A DNA stretch of 64,000 bases from an uncultured delta proteobacterium (GCA_963806225.1 CAWDXG010000001.1:1600001-1664000); one strand, 5' to 3'; counted from the first letter of the stretch, positions 1 through 10,791 are shown. Numbers and translations are program-made. The notes: generated by a model not told the origin, from the sequence alone.

Positions 1-500
1 AGCGCGTTGATCGCGTGACACCACTTGGAGTTGGTGCCGGCCCCGATGTTGCAGTCCGTCCCCATGCTGCCGGACTGGTCGAGCATGACGTACATGTCGA
101 GCGGGGTCGGTTGCGCCTTGACCTGCAGGTCCGCGCAGGCTTCCTGCTTGCCGTCGTCCGAAGGGCCGTCGTAGCTGAACACCACGTCCGGAACGCTTGC
201 GTCCTGGGAACCGGTCGCGCCGCTGCCGCCGCTGCTCGAGGCGTCCGCGCCGCCGCTGCCCGTCGCGCCGCTGCCGCCGCTGCCCGTCGCGCCGCTGCCG
301 CCGCTACTGGAGGCGCCGCTGCCACCCACGTTGCCCGAGCCAGCGTTCCCGCCGGTCGCGCCGCCGCCGGTGGCGCCAGTGCCGCTTCCGCCCGAGCCGC
401 CATGATTGTTGCCGTTTGCGGTGCCGCTGGTGCTTCCGCAGCCAATCACGTAGCCACCCACGGCCACGAGACAGGCCAAGCCAAGTGCAATACGCCTCAT
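1..500 (-). CDS. vWA-domain lipoprotein with Gly/Ser-rich linker (5' part only; runs off the window)
   Basis: Not in the ORF track. Manual translation from ATG at 500: MRRIALGLACLVAVGGYVIGC (lipobox), a GGSG-rich linker, then LDMYVMLDQSGSM (MIDAS DxSxS motif). Confidence 0.8.
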   Translation of the reverse strand, partial: MRRIALGLACLVAVGGYVIGCGSTSGTANGNNHGGSGGSGTGATGGGATGGNAGSGNVGGSGASSSGGSGATGSGGSGATGSGGADASSSGGSGATGSQDASVPDVVFSYDGPSDDGKQEACADLQVKAQPTPLDMYVMLDQSGSMGTDCNIGAGTNSKWCHAINA

Positions 501-613
501 GACAAGAAAGTTTCTGCTAAATCGGAAAGCACTGCAAGGAGCTTGACGTCGATCAGGATCGGACGCGTCGCGGCGAACTCGCCCGGCGTGCGGCCCTTGG
601 CTAGCCTAGGGCG

Positions 614-1033
614 ATGCTCGTCACGACGCGCTCCGTGGCATTTCACGAGGTGGACGCCGCGGGGCTGGTGTTCTTCCCACATTTCCTTACCTACGCCCAC
701 GAGGCCATGGAGCAGCTCTTCGAGCCGCTTGCCGAGGGCTACGTCGGGCTCATCCTGGGGCGCCGCATTGGCCTGCCCGCCGTTCATGTCGACGCGGAAT
801 ACTCGGCGCCCCTCGTCTACGGGGAGTCCGCGCGTATCGAGACGAGCGTCGTCCACCTGGGCAATCGCAGCATGGTGATCCGCTATCGCTTCGTGCGCGA
901 GCGCGACCAGGTGCTCGCAGCGGTGATCCGCCATACCGTCGTGGTCACGGATCTGGACAAGAAGAAGAGCTGCCCCATGCCGGACGACGTGCGCAGAGCC
1001 GCAGAGGCGCATCTCGAAGAGGAGGCACCGTGA
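614..1033 (+). CDS. Acyl-CoA thioesterase (4HBT/YbgC hot-dog family)
   Basis: VAFHEVDAAGLVFFPHFLTYAHEA motif; 139 aa. Confidence 0.9.
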   Translation: MLVTTRSVAFHEVDAAGLVFFPHFLTYAHEAMEQLFEPLAEGYVGLILGRRIGLPAVHVDAEYSAPLVYGESARIETSVVHLGNRSMVIRYRFVRERDQVLAAVIRHTVVVTDLDKKKSCPMPDDVRRAAEAHLEEEAP

Positions 1034-1635
1034 AGGGGCTGGTCGCGCGCGCTGCCGGCAGGCGCGAGCGGCCTCCGGCGCGGCAGGCGAGCCTGCGGCT
1101 GATCGCGGGGCGCGATCACTACGAAGAGCTCATCTCGCGCGAGCTGCCCGGGGCCCAGGTGGCCGTGTGGATCGCCACGGCGAACCTGAAGGAGCTGCGT
1201 GTGCAGGCGCCGGTCGGCACGCGAGCGCGAGCGCGCGGGCGGTACGTGTCGATACTCGAGGTGCTCGAATCGCTCGTGGATCGGGGCGTGGAGCTCAGAA
1301 TCCTGCACGGGCGCGTTCCCTCGCGCGCGTTCGAGGCCGAGCTGTCCCGTCGCAACCGCCTGGCCCGGGCGCTGGAGCTTCGACAATGTCCGCGCGTGCA
1401 CATGAAGACGGTCACCGTCGACGGTCGTGTGCTGTATCTCGGTAGCGCGAACTTCACAGGAGCGGGGCTGGGCGCGCGCAGCGACGGACGCCGCAATTTC
1501 GAAATCGGAATACTCACCGACGACGACTATCTGCTCGACGCAGTGCAGGCGCAGTTCGACGCCATCTGGTCGGGGGGCGAGTGTGGTGCCTGCCGGCTGC
1601 GCCATCTGTGCCCGGCACCCATCGATCAGCTGTAG
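1030..1635 (+). CDS. Single-HKD phospholipase D-like domain protein
   Basis: HMKTVTVD...GSANFT (HxKxxxxD...GSxN); the GTG start overlaps the thioesterase stop (GTGA); C-terminal CGACRLRHLC. Confidence 0.85.
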   Translation: MKGLVARAAGRRERPPARQASLRLIAGRDHYEELISRELPGAQVAVWIATANLKELRVQAPVGTRARARGRYVSILEVLESLVDRGVELRILHGRVPSRAFEAELSRRNRLARALELRQCPRVHMKTVTVDGRVLYLGSANFTGAGLGARSDGRRNFEIGILTDDDYLLDAVQAQFDAIWSGGECGACRLRHLCPAPIDQL

Positions 1636-1649
1636 CGCGGGGCAGGGCG

Positions 1650-2414
1650 CTAGCGGGCCATGCTCGCCAGGGCGCGGCGCACCCAGCTCGCGTCCGAAGC
1701 GCCAGCCCGCACCGGATCGCACGGACCTGCGAGAACGCCGAGCGCCTGGATCTGCAATCGGGCTTCGCGAAGTCCGGGCGAGCCCGGCTTCGACTCGAGC
1801 AGCGCTGCGATGCGGCGCCACTCGGCCAGAGCGGCCGGCCACATGCGACGCTTGGCGTACCAGGAAGCGAGCTGGCGGCGAAGCGCCGTATTCGTGTCGT
1901 CGAGGGCAATCGCTGCGCGCAGATCCCTGAACGCTTCCGCCTGCCGCCCGCTGTGCAGGAACAGGCGCGCGCGGTGCACCAACGCCTGCGCGGCATACTC
2001 GTGCAGCCGCGCGGCGCTCGTGTACAGCTGCTCGGCCTCGCCGGAATCCCCGGCGGCTTCGCGCAGCCTTCCGAGCCGGATGATGGCGGGTCCGTAGCTG
2101 GGGTCGAGCTGGATGGCCCGGGTGTACGCGGTCATGGCGCGCGCCGCATCGCCGCGCCGTTCGTGCTCCTCGGCGCGCCGCATCAGCTCGGCGATGCTGT
2201 TCCGGGCCCAGGAGTGCGAAGGTGGCGCCGGATCTTCGGGGGCAGCCGGCCGCGGCGTACGCCGGAGCGGGACGGGCGCCGGCCGCTGCGCGGGCGCGGG
2301 CTTCGGCGCCGGAGCGCGCGCATCCTCGAAGCGCGCCGTGGGTTCGGCGACGGCGCGGAGCGGCACGCACAGCGCGAGAGCGACGAACAGGGGCAGGCGG
2401 CGGGACGTCGGCAT
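1650..2414 (-). CDS. Exported tetratricopeptide-repeat protein
   Basis: Signal-like MPTSRRLPLFVALALCVPLRAVA, a Pro-rich linker and TPRs (AYTRAIQLDPSY). Start chosen at ATG 2414. Confidence 0.75.
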   Translation of the reverse strand: MPTSRRLPLFVALALCVPLRAVAEPTARFEDARAPAPKPAPAQRPAPVPLRRTPRPAAPEDPAPPSHSWARNSIAELMRRAEEHERRGDAARAMTAYTRAIQLDPSYGPAIIRLGRLREAAGDSGEAEQLYTSAARLHEYAAQALVHRARLFLHSGRQAEAFRDLRAAIALDDTNTALRRQLASWYAKRRMWPAALAEWRRIAALLESKPGSPGLREARLQIQALGVLAGPCDPVRAGASDASWVRRALASMAR

Positions 2415-2589
2415 CACGGTGGCACCTTGCCGGATACCACTTTCGTGCTGCCCGCGCCGCTCCGAGGCGATGCCCCGCTGCGTGGTCGACCACCCGCGCC
2501 GGTGCGTCCCGCGAGCCACAACGGGGCAGCGATCCGGCGCAGGACCCGGCCTTCGTGCCTGCGGCACGCTCATTGCTGGCTGAGGGCCT

Positions 2590-5500
2590 GTGACACTCCG
2601 GGACCTGCTGCTGCCGACCACGCTCCGTTTCCCTTCCCGGCGCCTGCGCCTGTTTGCGGGTCTGGTGTTGGCTTTCGCGACCGCGTGCATCAGCGACAAC
2701 CGGCCGCCCCACGTAGCGCCGCACAGCACGCTGGCACTCGCTCCCGGGCACGACGCGGCCCCCCGGACCGGGCCGTTCCGCGTCGTGTTCGCGGCGCCGC
2801 GCGGCGAGGCCGCCTCGGTGAGCGAGCTCAGCGTGGTGTTCAGCCGGCCGCTGCGCTCGCTGGGCACCGCGGAGAGCGAGCGGCCGCCGCCGATCCGGTT
2901 GAGCCCACCGCTTTCGGGACGCTGGCAGTGGGTCGGCACCCGCGCTGTCGTGTTCGTGCCCGCGGGTGGACGCCTTCCCGGCGCGACGCTGGTCCGGGTC
3001 GAGGTGCCCGGCAGCACCCGCGCTCTCGACGGATCCGCGCTGGGCCAGCCCTATCGGTTCCGGTTGCAGACGCCGCGTCCCGAGCTGGTGCGATCCACGC
3101 CCCACGACGGGGCGCGTGGCGTCGTGCCGCCCGATGCATTCGAGCTCCGCTTCAACCAGCCCATCGACCCCGCGGCGCTCGCTCGTGTCGGCACGCTCTC
3201 GGTCGCCCGCGGCGGTGCATGGCGCAAGCGTCCGGTGCGCGGCTACCATCCGGTCCCGTTCCATGTGGAGCGCCCTGATCCCTCTGAGCTGAAGCGCCTC
3301 TTGGTACGGCCGGTGCGGAAGCTGCCGGTGCACAGCACGGTCCGCTTCGAGATAGCTCCGGGGCTTTCCAGCACCGAGGGGCCGCTGGCGTCCCGAAAAC
3401 TGCAACAAACCAGTTTCGAGACCTACGGGCCGCTGACGGTCGAGCCCATCTCGTGTCCGGATGACGCGCCGCACCGCAAATGCGAGCCGGGATCAGCGCT
3501 GTCGATCTCGCTGTCGAACGCCGTGAAGATGCGCGATCTGGAGCGGGCGATCAGCGTCTCGCCGCCTGTCAGGTTGCGCTGGGGCGCATGGGACGAGAAC
3601 GACATGGCGAGCTATGCGTCGCTGGTCGGGGCGTTCAAGCCGGCGCACAGCTACACGATCACGGTCAGCGGAAAGCTCCGTGACCACTACGGCCAGAAAC
3701 TCGGGAAGAGCTACACGCAGCGCGTCGACATCGACGACTTCTGGCCCGACGTGGAGATAGGGCTCCAGGGCCAGACGTTGGAGCCCTCGAGCACCCGCCC
3801 GATCCCGATTGGAGCGCTGAACATCGGCAGCTACCGACTGCTGACCGCGCGGCTCGATCCAGGGCTGGTCCCCCAGTTGCTCGAGCATCCCGACTCCGCG
3901 TCGCGCTTCGGACAATTGGAGAGGCTCAAGCGGGTGCACACCGCCCGCGTGCGCCCGGCAGCGCCGAAGAACACGATGTCGCGGCACCCGGTCGCTCCGG
4001 CGACGGTGCTGGGCGGGCCGAAGGCGCGCGGCGCGATCGCGATCGGAGTCGGCTATTCCGATCCCCGCTACGGCGCCCGGCGCGAGCAGCAGCTGTTCAG
4101 AATCGTGCAGGTGACGGATCTGGCGATCAGCGCCAAGATCTCGCACCAGGGCTCCGTCGTGTGGGTCACGCGGTTGTCCAACGCCCAGCCGGTCCAGGGC
4201 GCCCGGGTACGCGTGTTGGGTCCCCAGAAGCGCTCGACGGCACGCTTCACCACCGACAAGCGGGGCCTGGTGACGATCCCGCCGGGCGCGTTCGATCCGG
4301 ACTTCGGGGCGCCGCACGATCGGGCTTCGGTGATCGTCGCCGAGAAGGACGGCGACTGGTGCTTCCGGCGCGTCGGCGACTACATCGGGTCGTGGCGCAC
4401 TGGCGTGCCCATGGACCTGAGCGGCGACGAACCGGAATACGGCATGATGTTCACCGAGCGCGGCCTGTACCGGCCGGGCGACAGCGTGCGCGTCAAGGCT
4501 ATCGTGCGCGGCGAAGTGCCCGGCGGCAACGCCATCCCCGTCGGCAGGACGCTCCACGTCGAGCTGCGTTCGCCGAAGGGCGATCGGGTCGCGGACCAGA
4601 CGGTCACCACGACGGCGTTCGGGACCTTCAGCGCGCGCTTCAAGCTGCCGCGCTCGGCCGCGCTGGGCAACTGGCTGCTGGTCACACAGGGGCTCCGGGA
4701 AGGTCAGATCGACCGCTACTTCACCGTCGCGGAGTACCGTCCCGCCGGATTCAAGGTGGGCGTGCAGAGCGACCAGCCCGCCTACGTCCGGGGGGACACC
4801 GGGCACTGGAGCGTACAGGGCGACTACCTGTTCGGCTCGCCGATGTCAGGCGCGGCGGCGCGCGTCGAGCTCACGCACACCCCGACCTGGTTCACGCCTC
4901 CGGGCAGTGACGGCTTCGTCACGAACGCGGAAGCGTTCTACGCGGATCTCGCCGACGAGTCGAATCAGGCCGGTACGCTCCGGACGAGGAAGTCCGCGCT
5001 CGACAAGAAGGGCCGGACCACGCTCCAGATGAAGCTGGCGACGCCGGCCCAGCGTGGGCCCGAGCTGGTGACGGCGGAGGCCGAAGTGACCGATGTCTCG
5101 CGGCAGACCCTGTCGGGCTCGACCTCGGCGATCGTGCATCCGGGCAGCTTCTACATCGGCATCCAGCGGCCGGACGACTACTTCGTGACGGCGCCGGGAC
5201 ACGTCGAGACGGGCGTCGTCGCGTTGTCGCCGAAGGGCAAGCGGCTTGCGGGACGCCGCATTCGCGTCGCGCTGGTACGCCGCCACTGGACGCTGGCGCG
5301 CCAGCGCGCGGGCAGCGACACCCACGTGGTCTCGCGACCCGTGGACGCCGAGGTCGATCACTGTGAAGTCACCACCCTGGGCGCGCGCCCTGCACCCTGT
5401 ACGCTGGCGCTCGCACAGGGGGGCTACTACCTGATCCACGCCACGGCCCGCGACTGGCGGGGCAACAGCCTGGCTTCTGCGGTGAGCCTCTACGGGATCG

Positions 5501-8334
5501 GACATGGCGGCGCATCCTGGGCGGACAGCGATCAGTTGCGCGTGGATCTGGCGCTCGACAAGACGGAGTACAAGGTCGGTGACACCGCACGTGTGCTGAT
5601 CAAGTCGCCGTTCCCGAACGCGGATGCGCTCGTGACGGTCGAAGGAGCCGGTGTCCACCACGTGCAGACCCTGCGGCTCAGCGGTCCGACACCGACCGTG
5701 CGGCTGCCGGTGACCGCCGATCTCGGACCGAATGCCTTCATCTCGGTGCACCTGCTGCGCGGTCGCACGCGCGCGCCGCCTGGTGGGGACCAGCCGGATG
5801 TCGGCGCTCCTGCCTATCGCATCGGGTACGCCCAGCTCGAGATCGATCCGTCCGCGCACCGGCTGAAGGTCCAGATCAGGCCGTCCAAGCGCGATCTGCG
5901 GCCCGGCGCGGAGCTCGGGGTGGACATTTCCGTAGAGAATCCGGAAGGGCGACCCGAGCCGTCCGAAGTGACGCTCTACGCGGTGGACGAGGGCGTGCTG
6001 TCGCTGATCGACTACCAGACGCCCGATCCGGTGCCGGTTTTCACCCGGCCGCGACCGCTCGCCGTTGCAACGATCGAGTCGCGCGATTCGCTGGCGAAGG
6101 TCGAGCTCCGCGATCTTGCAGGCCTTTTGGGACAGGAGAAGGGCAACCCGGGCGGTGGGGGCAGCGACGCGCCGTCCGCACGGCGCGACTTCCGCCAGAG
6201 CGCCTACTTCAACCCGGCGGTCGTGACCGGTCCCGACGGCCGGGCACACGTGTCGTTCAAGCTGCCCGAGAGCCTGACGACCTATCGGCTGATGGCGATC
6301 GCCGTCTCCAGGCACGACCGCTACGGCTTCGGCGAGTCGCGCGTCACCACGAGCAAGCGGCTGATGGCGCGCCCGGCGCTCCCGCGCTTCCTGCGCGCCG
6401 GCGATTCCATCGAAGCCGGCGTGGTTGTGAGCACGAAGAAGTTCGGTCCGGTGCAGGTCCAGGTGCGCGCCCGCGTGGAGGGGCTGACGCTGTCGGGCGA
6501 CGCGACGCGCAGCGTGGAGGTGGGGCGCAACGACTCGGTGGAAGTGCGTTTCCCGATGCGTGCCGCCAGCTGCGGCACCGCCCGGCTGCGCTTCGACGTG
6601 CAGGCGGAGGGCGAACGCGACGCGGTGCAGGTCACGCGCAAGGTGGAAGTGCCCGCAGCGATGGAGGCGGTTGCGCTGTACGGACGGACGGACGGAGCCG
6701 CGAGCGAGAAGATCGGCGACCTTTCGGGTATCCGGCACGACGTCGGGCATCTGTCGGTGAGCCTGTCCTCCACGGCACTGGTCGGGCTGGGTAGCGGCGT
6801 CGACCAGTTGCTCGAGTATCCGTACGGCTGCACGGAGCAGCTCTCGAGCCGCTTGATGCCGCTGTTGCCGCTTCGCGATCTCGCTCGCGATTTCTCGATC
6901 AAGCTGCCCGCCGATCTACCTGCCGTTATCGGCAAGACCGTAGCCGACGTGCTCGCCCGTCAGCGCGGCGATGGCGGCTTCGGGCTCTGGCCGGATTCCG
7001 ACCGGAGCTTTCCCTGGGTCAGCGCCTACGCACTGTGGACGCTCGATCAGGCACGCAGGCGCGGCGAGCAGGTCCCCTCCGACGCGATGGAGCGCGGGAC
7101 GGCGTATCTGCGCCGCTACCTGGCCGGACCACACGACGACAAGCTGTTCGCGCCGACCGCCGCGTTCATGCTCGACGTGCTGGCGGAGATGGGCACGCCC
7201 GATCCGGGATACATGAGCCGGCTCTACGACGAGCGCGACCGGCTGCCGCTGTTCGCCCGCGCGCTGCTGCTCCACGCGCTGGCCATCTCGGAGAAGCACG
7301 GGCAGATGCTGCAGAAGCTCGACCGGAGCGTGGAAAACCAGCTCAGGATCTCGGCCAACACGGCGACCGTCGCGGAAAACGTCGGCGACGAGTACGCGAC
7401 GTTGATGGACTCGCCCGCGCGCACCAGTGCCATGGTGCTGAGGGCGCTCCTGGCGGTGCGGCCCGGTCATCCCCTGGCGGCGAAGCTGGCGCGCGGGCTG
7501 CTCCAGGCGCGACGTGGAGGGACCTGGCGTTCGACGCAGGAGACCGCGTACGCACTGCTCGCGCTCGACGAGTACAGGAAAGCCCAGGAGCGGCAGCGGC
7601 CGGACTTCTCGGCGCGGGTATGGCTGTCGGGCAAGCAGCTCATGAACGCCGCCATGCGCGGGCGAAGCGCGCGGGCTGTGGCGCAGGACGTGCCGACCTC
7701 CGGGCTCGGCGGCGGCCTGCTCGTCTTCGACAAGCGGGGGCAGGGCTCGCTTTTCTACCAGGCGCGGCTCCGCTACGCCCCGCGCTCGCTGCCGGTGAAA
7801 TCGCTGGACCGCGGTTTCTACGTCCAGAAGACGCTCCGGCGTGTCTCGCCCGAAGAGCTCGCCCAGGCACTGCGCACCCTTCCGGAGATAGGGACACGGA
7901 AGTTCCACGGGGGCGACATGGTGCTGGCCGATCTCCTGATCGTCACGCCGAGCCCGCGCGACTACGTCGTGATCGACGATCCGCTGCCGGCCGGGCTCGA
8001 GGGTGTCGACGCGCAGCTCTCGACGACCGCTTCCTGGCTCGACGTTCCCGGTTCCGGCGGCGAGCCGGGGGCGGTGAGCTGCACGCGCTGCGTGGACGCC
8101 CAGGATACCATCGCCAGTGGGCGTGCGTTCCTGCATAGCTGGTACCGCCGCGAGGTGCGTGACGATCGCGTGGTGTTCTTCGTCGATCACATGGCGCAGG
8201 GCATGTACCACTACCGCTATCTGGCCCGGGCGACGACGCTCGGCAGCTTCATCGTGCCGCCGACGAAGGCCGAGGAGATGTACACGCCGGAAGTGTTCGG
8301 TCGCACCGCGGCGGCGCGGGTGGAGGTGCAATGA
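2590..8334 (+). CDS. Bacterial alpha-2-macroglobulin family lipoprotein
   Basis: 1914 aa; lipobox FATAC; MG2 motif FTERGLYRPGD; thioester motif YPYGCTEQ; C-terminal EEMYTPEVFGRT; followed by pbpC. Confidence 0.95.
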   Translation: MTLRDLLLPTTLRFPSRRLRLFAGLVLAFATACISDNRPPHVAPHSTLALAPGHDAAPRTGPFRVVFAAPRGEAASVSELSVVFSRPLRSLGTAESERPPPIRLSPPLSGRWQWVGTRAVVFVPAGGRLPGATLVRVEVPGSTRALDGSALGQPYRFRLQTPRPELVRSTPHDGARGVVPPDAFELRFNQPIDPAALARVGTLSVARGGAWRKRPVRGYHPVPFHVERPDPSELKRLLVRPVRKLPVHSTVRFEIAPGLSSTEGPLASRKLQQTSFETYGPLTVEPISCPDDAPHRKCEPGSALSISLSNAVKMRDLERAISVSPPVRLRWGAWDENDMASYASLVGAFKPAHSYTITVSGKLRDHYGQKLGKSYTQRVDIDDFWPDVEIGLQGQTLEPSSTRPIPIGALNIGSYRLLTARLDPGLVPQLLEHPDSASRFGQLERLKRVHTARVRPAAPKNTMSRHPVAPATVLGGPKARGAIAIGVGYSDPRYGARREQQLFRIVQVTDLAISAKISHQGSVVWVTRLSNAQPVQGARVRVLGPQKRSTARFTTDKRGLVTIPPGAFDPDFGAPHDRASVIVAEKDGDWCFRRVGDYIGSWRTGVPMDLSGDEPEYGMMFTERGLYRPGDSVRVKAIVRGEVPGGNAIPVGRTLHVELRSPKGDRVADQTVTTTAFGTFSARFKLPRSAALGNWLLVTQGLREGQIDRYFTVAEYRPAGFKVGVQSDQPAYVRGDTGHWSVQGDYLFGSPMSGAAARVELTHTPTWFTPPGSDGFVTNAEAFYADLADESNQAGTLRTRKSALDKKGRTTLQMKLATPAQRGPELVTAEAEVTDVSRQTLSGSTSAIVHPGSFYIGIQRPDDYFVTAPGHVETGVVALSPKGKRLAGRRIRVALVRRHWTLARQRAGSDTHVVSRPVDAEVDHCEVTTLGARPAPCTLALAQGGYYLIHATARDWRGNSLASAVSLYGIGHGGASWADSDQLRVDLALDKTEYKVGDTARVLIKSPFPNADALVTVEGAGVHHVQTLRLSGPTPTVRLPVTADLGPNAFISVHLLRGRTRAPPGGDQPDVGAPAYRIGYAQLEIDPSAHRLKVQIRPSKRDLRPGAELGVDISVENPEGRPEPSEVTLYAVDEGVLSLIDYQTPDPVPVFTRPRPLAVATIESRDSLAKVELRDLAGLLGQEKGNPGGGGSDAPSARRDFRQSAYFNPAVVTGPDGRAHVSFKLPESLTTYRLMAIAVSRHDRYGFGESRVTTSKRLMARPALPRFLRAGDSIEAGVVVSTKKFGPVQVQVRARVEGLTLSGDATRSVEVGRNDSVEVRFPMRAASCGTARLRFDVQAEGERDAVQVTRKVEVPAAMEAVALYGRTDGAASEKIGDLSGIRHDVGHLSVSLSSTALVGLGSGVDQLLEYPYGCTEQLSSRLMPLLPLRDLARDFSIKLPADLPAVIGKTVADVLARQRGDGGFGLWPDSDRSFPWVSAYALWTLDQARRRGEQVPSDAMERGTAYLRRYLAGPHDDKLFAPTAAFMLDVLAEMGTPDPGYMSRLYDERDRLPLFARALLLHALAISEKHGQMLQKLDRSVENQLRISANTATVAENVGDEYATLMDSPARTSAMVLRALLAVRPGHPLAAKLARGLLQARRGGTWRSTQETAYALLALDEYRKAQERQRPDFSARVWLSGKQLMNAAMRGRSARAVAQDVPTSGLGGGLLVFDKRGQGSLFYQARLRYAPRSLPVKSLDRGFYVQKTLRRVSPEELAQALRTLPEIGTRKFHGGDMVLADLLIVTPSPRDYVVIDDPLPAGLEGVDAQLSTTASWLDVPGSGGEPGAVSCTRCVDAQDTIASGRAFLHSWYRREVRDDRVVFFVDHMAQGMYHYRYLARATTLGSFIVPPTKAEEMYTPEVFGRTAAARVEVQ

Positions 8335-10742
8335 GTCGCCGCTGGACGCCAGGCACTGCGCGAAGACTACTCGGTTGTCTGGCGCTCCTGGTGTTGCTGC
8401 CGCCGGCGGCCCTGACCGCTGCGGCGGCGGTGACGCCGCTGCCCGCACCGCTCGTACGGGGACCGCCGCCGCCTGCGGTGCGCGTGCTGGATCGGCACGG
8501 CCGCGTGATCCGCGACGTGCGGACGTCCGACGACCAGCTGTCGGAACACCTGCGGCTGGCGCAGGTGTCGCCGTGGGTGCCGAAAGCCCTGGTCGCAGCC
8601 GAGGATGCGCGCTTCTTCTACCACCCCGGCGTGGACCCCGTGGCGATCGCACGCGCGACCGGGCAGCTCGTCTGGCACCGGCGTGTTGTCTCGGGCGCGA
8701 GCACCATCACGCAGCAGCTCGCACGCGCCGTCATCCACCGTCCACGGACCCTGTGGGGCAAGCTGCATGAAATGGTGGTCGCGCTCAGTATCGAGGCGTC
8801 GCTCGACAAGGCGCAGGTCCTCGATGAATACCTGAACCGCGTCGAGTTCGGCCCCAATCTGCGGGGTATCGGCGCGGCGAGCCGGTTCTATCTGGACAAG
8901 CCGGCGCTCGAACTCGACCTGGCCGAGGCCGCCGCGTTGGCCGCGATCCCACGCGGTCCGACTCTGTACGATCCGCGGCGGGGCACGTCGCGCGTGCTGC
9001 GACGGAGGAACCGCATCCTCGAGCGAATGCGGGAGCAGGGTCTCGCTACCGCGGAACAGATCGCCCGCGCCGAGGCCGAGCCACTGCTGCTCGAACGAAC
9101 CGCCTCCTCGGGCGGAGCGTGGCACCTGGTGCGGGCGCTTTCGAGCGGGCAGCTTGAACCGGGGCTCGCTCACGACGGCCACGCCCAGGTCATCCGCTCC
9201 ACGCTGGATCTGTCGCTACAGCACGAGGTCGAACAGCTGGTGCGCATTACGGCTAGCCGCATCGCGGCCTACGACGCGAGCGCGGCCGCCGCCATCGTAG
9301 TCGACAGCCCGAGCGGCGAGGTGCTCGCCTACGTCGGTTCGCCGGACTTCTTTTCGAAAACTGCTCTCGGACACAACGACGGCGTTCTGGCGCTGCGCCA
9401 GCCGGGGTCCACGCTCAAGCCGTTCGTCTACGCTGCCGCGATGCAGCGTCTCGGCATGACGGCCGCAACCCGGTTGCCCGATGTCGAGCTGCACGTGCCG
9501 ACGGAGCGCGGCGACTACGCTCCGCGGAACTACGACGGTCGCTTCCACGGGCCGGTGCTGCTGCGGGACGCTCTGGCGAATTCGCTCAATGTGCCGGCGG
9601 TCTATACGGCGGATCGCGTCGGACCCGCGACGGTGCTCGGGCTGCTTCGGCAGGTTGGCCTCGACACGCTCGACCAGGACGCCGTTCACTACGGCGCCGC
9701 GTTGGCTCTGGGAGACGGCGAAATCCGCCTGGCCGATCTCGCCGGGGCCTACGCCACGTTGGCGCGTCACGGGGTGTACCGGCCGCTCCGCTACGCGCTC
9801 GCTGCGAAACTCGACAGCGGCAGAAGCGCCTACCCGCGCGACCCGGAACCGAAGCGCGTGATCGATCCTCGCATCGCGGGTGTGCTCACCGACGTGCTGT
9901 CGGACAGGGCAGCGCGACTTTCCGCCTTCGGCCGGGGCAACGCGCTGGAGCTGCCGTTTCCGGTTGCGGCCAAGACGGGCACTTCCAAAGGGTATCGCGA
10001 CAACTGGACGGTCGGCTTCACGCATGAGCGCACGGTAGCGGTCTGGGTCGGCAATTTCGACGGCCATCCGATGAGCCGCTCGAGCGGCGTGACCGGAGCG
10101 GGGCCGCTGTTCCACGACGTGATGCTGGCCGCCATGCGCGGCATCGAGCATCCCGCGCCGCTCGCCGATCTGACCGGGCTGGTTGTCGCCGAGGTGTGCC
10201 CGCTCAGCGGCGAGCTAGCCGGGCCGGACTGCCCGCACCGGCGGCGGGAGCTGTTCCGACCCGGGCACGCTCCCACCCACACCTGCGACATGCACGTCCG
10301 CGCACGGATCGACGAGGACAACGGTCTCTTGGCGGGCCCCGCGTGTCGTACACGCGTTCAGGAGCGCGTCTTCGAGCGCTACCCGGCCGCATATGCCGCA
10401 TGGGCCGAGAGCGCAGGCCGTCCTGTGCTGCCTTTTGAGGCCTCGCGGCGCTGCCCGCTTTCCGTGCGCACCGACACGGGCAGTCCCGTCATCGCGTTCC
10501 CGTTCGAGGGCGCGCGCTTCGTCCTCGATCCCGATGCGCCCCGCCTGCAGCAGCAGATCGTGCTCTTCGCACGCGCGCGGCGTGACATCGGAACGTTGGG
10601 CTTCATCGTCGATGGCAGGGATGTCGGTCGCCGCGTCGCGCCGTTCCGGCTGCCGTGGACGCTTGTACGAGGGGAGCACACTCTTCTGGTCAAGAGCGGC
10701 AGCGGTCGCGTCAGTGCCCCCGTTCACTTCGATGTGCGCTAG
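8331..10742 (+). CDS. pbpC: Penicillin-binding protein 1C
   Basis: Transglycosylase motifs EDARF and GASTITQQL; transpeptidase STLK, SLN and KTG; C-terminal BiPBP_C-like region; ATGA overlap with the A2M gene (canonical pair). Confidence 0.93.
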   Translation: MSRRWTPGTARRLLGCLALLVLLPPAALTAAAAVTPLPAPLVRGPPPPAVRVLDRHGRVIRDVRTSDDQLSEHLRLAQVSPWVPKALVAAEDARFFYHPGVDPVAIARATGQLVWHRRVVSGASTITQQLARAVIHRPRTLWGKLHEMVVALSIEASLDKAQVLDEYLNRVEFGPNLRGIGAASRFYLDKPALELDLAEAAALAAIPRGPTLYDPRRGTSRVLRRRNRILERMREQGLATAEQIARAEAEPLLLERTASSGGAWHLVRALSSGQLEPGLAHDGHAQVIRSTLDLSLQHEVEQLVRITASRIAAYDASAAAAIVVDSPSGEVLAYVGSPDFFSKTALGHNDGVLALRQPGSTLKPFVYAAAMQRLGMTAATRLPDVELHVPTERGDYAPRNYDGRFHGPVLLRDALANSLNVPAVYTADRVGPATVLGLLRQVGLDTLDQDAVHYGAALALGDGEIRLADLAGAYATLARHGVYRPLRYALAAKLDSGRSAYPRDPEPKRVIDPRIAGVLTDVLSDRAARLSAFGRGNALELPFPVAAKTGTSKGYRDNWTVGFTHERTVAVWVGNFDGHPMSRSSGVTGAGPLFHDVMLAAMRGIEHPAPLADLTGLVVAEVCPLSGELAGPDCPHRRRELFRPGHAPTHTCDMHVRARIDEDNGLLAGPACRTRVQERVFERYPAAYAAWAESAGRPVLPFEASRRCPLSVRTDTGSPVIAFPFEGARFVLDPDAPRLQQQIVLFARARRDIGTLGFIVDGRDVGRRVAPFRLPWTLVRGEHTLLVKSGSGRVSAPVHFDVR

Positions 10743-10762
10743 CTGGTCGGCGAAAAATCCAT

Positions 10763-10791
10763 CGCGACATCACCCCTGGGGGTGATGCGCG
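10763..10791 (-). terminator. Possible terminator hairpin between convergent pbpC and the TPR operon
   Basis: CATCACCC-CTGG-GGGTGATG stem at 10768-10787; a T5 run follows about 10 nt downstream on the minus strand. Confidence 0.35.

Noticed and set aside
883..3474. Long antisense or alternative-frame ORFs (for example 863 aa here and 1071 aa at 13482-16697)
   Set aside because: They are Arg/Ala/Pro-rich shadows typical of high-GC DNA, overlap well-supported genes and have no motifs.
2590..10742. A2M-pbpC pair as a novel system
   Set aside because: This is a well-known conserved gene pair.
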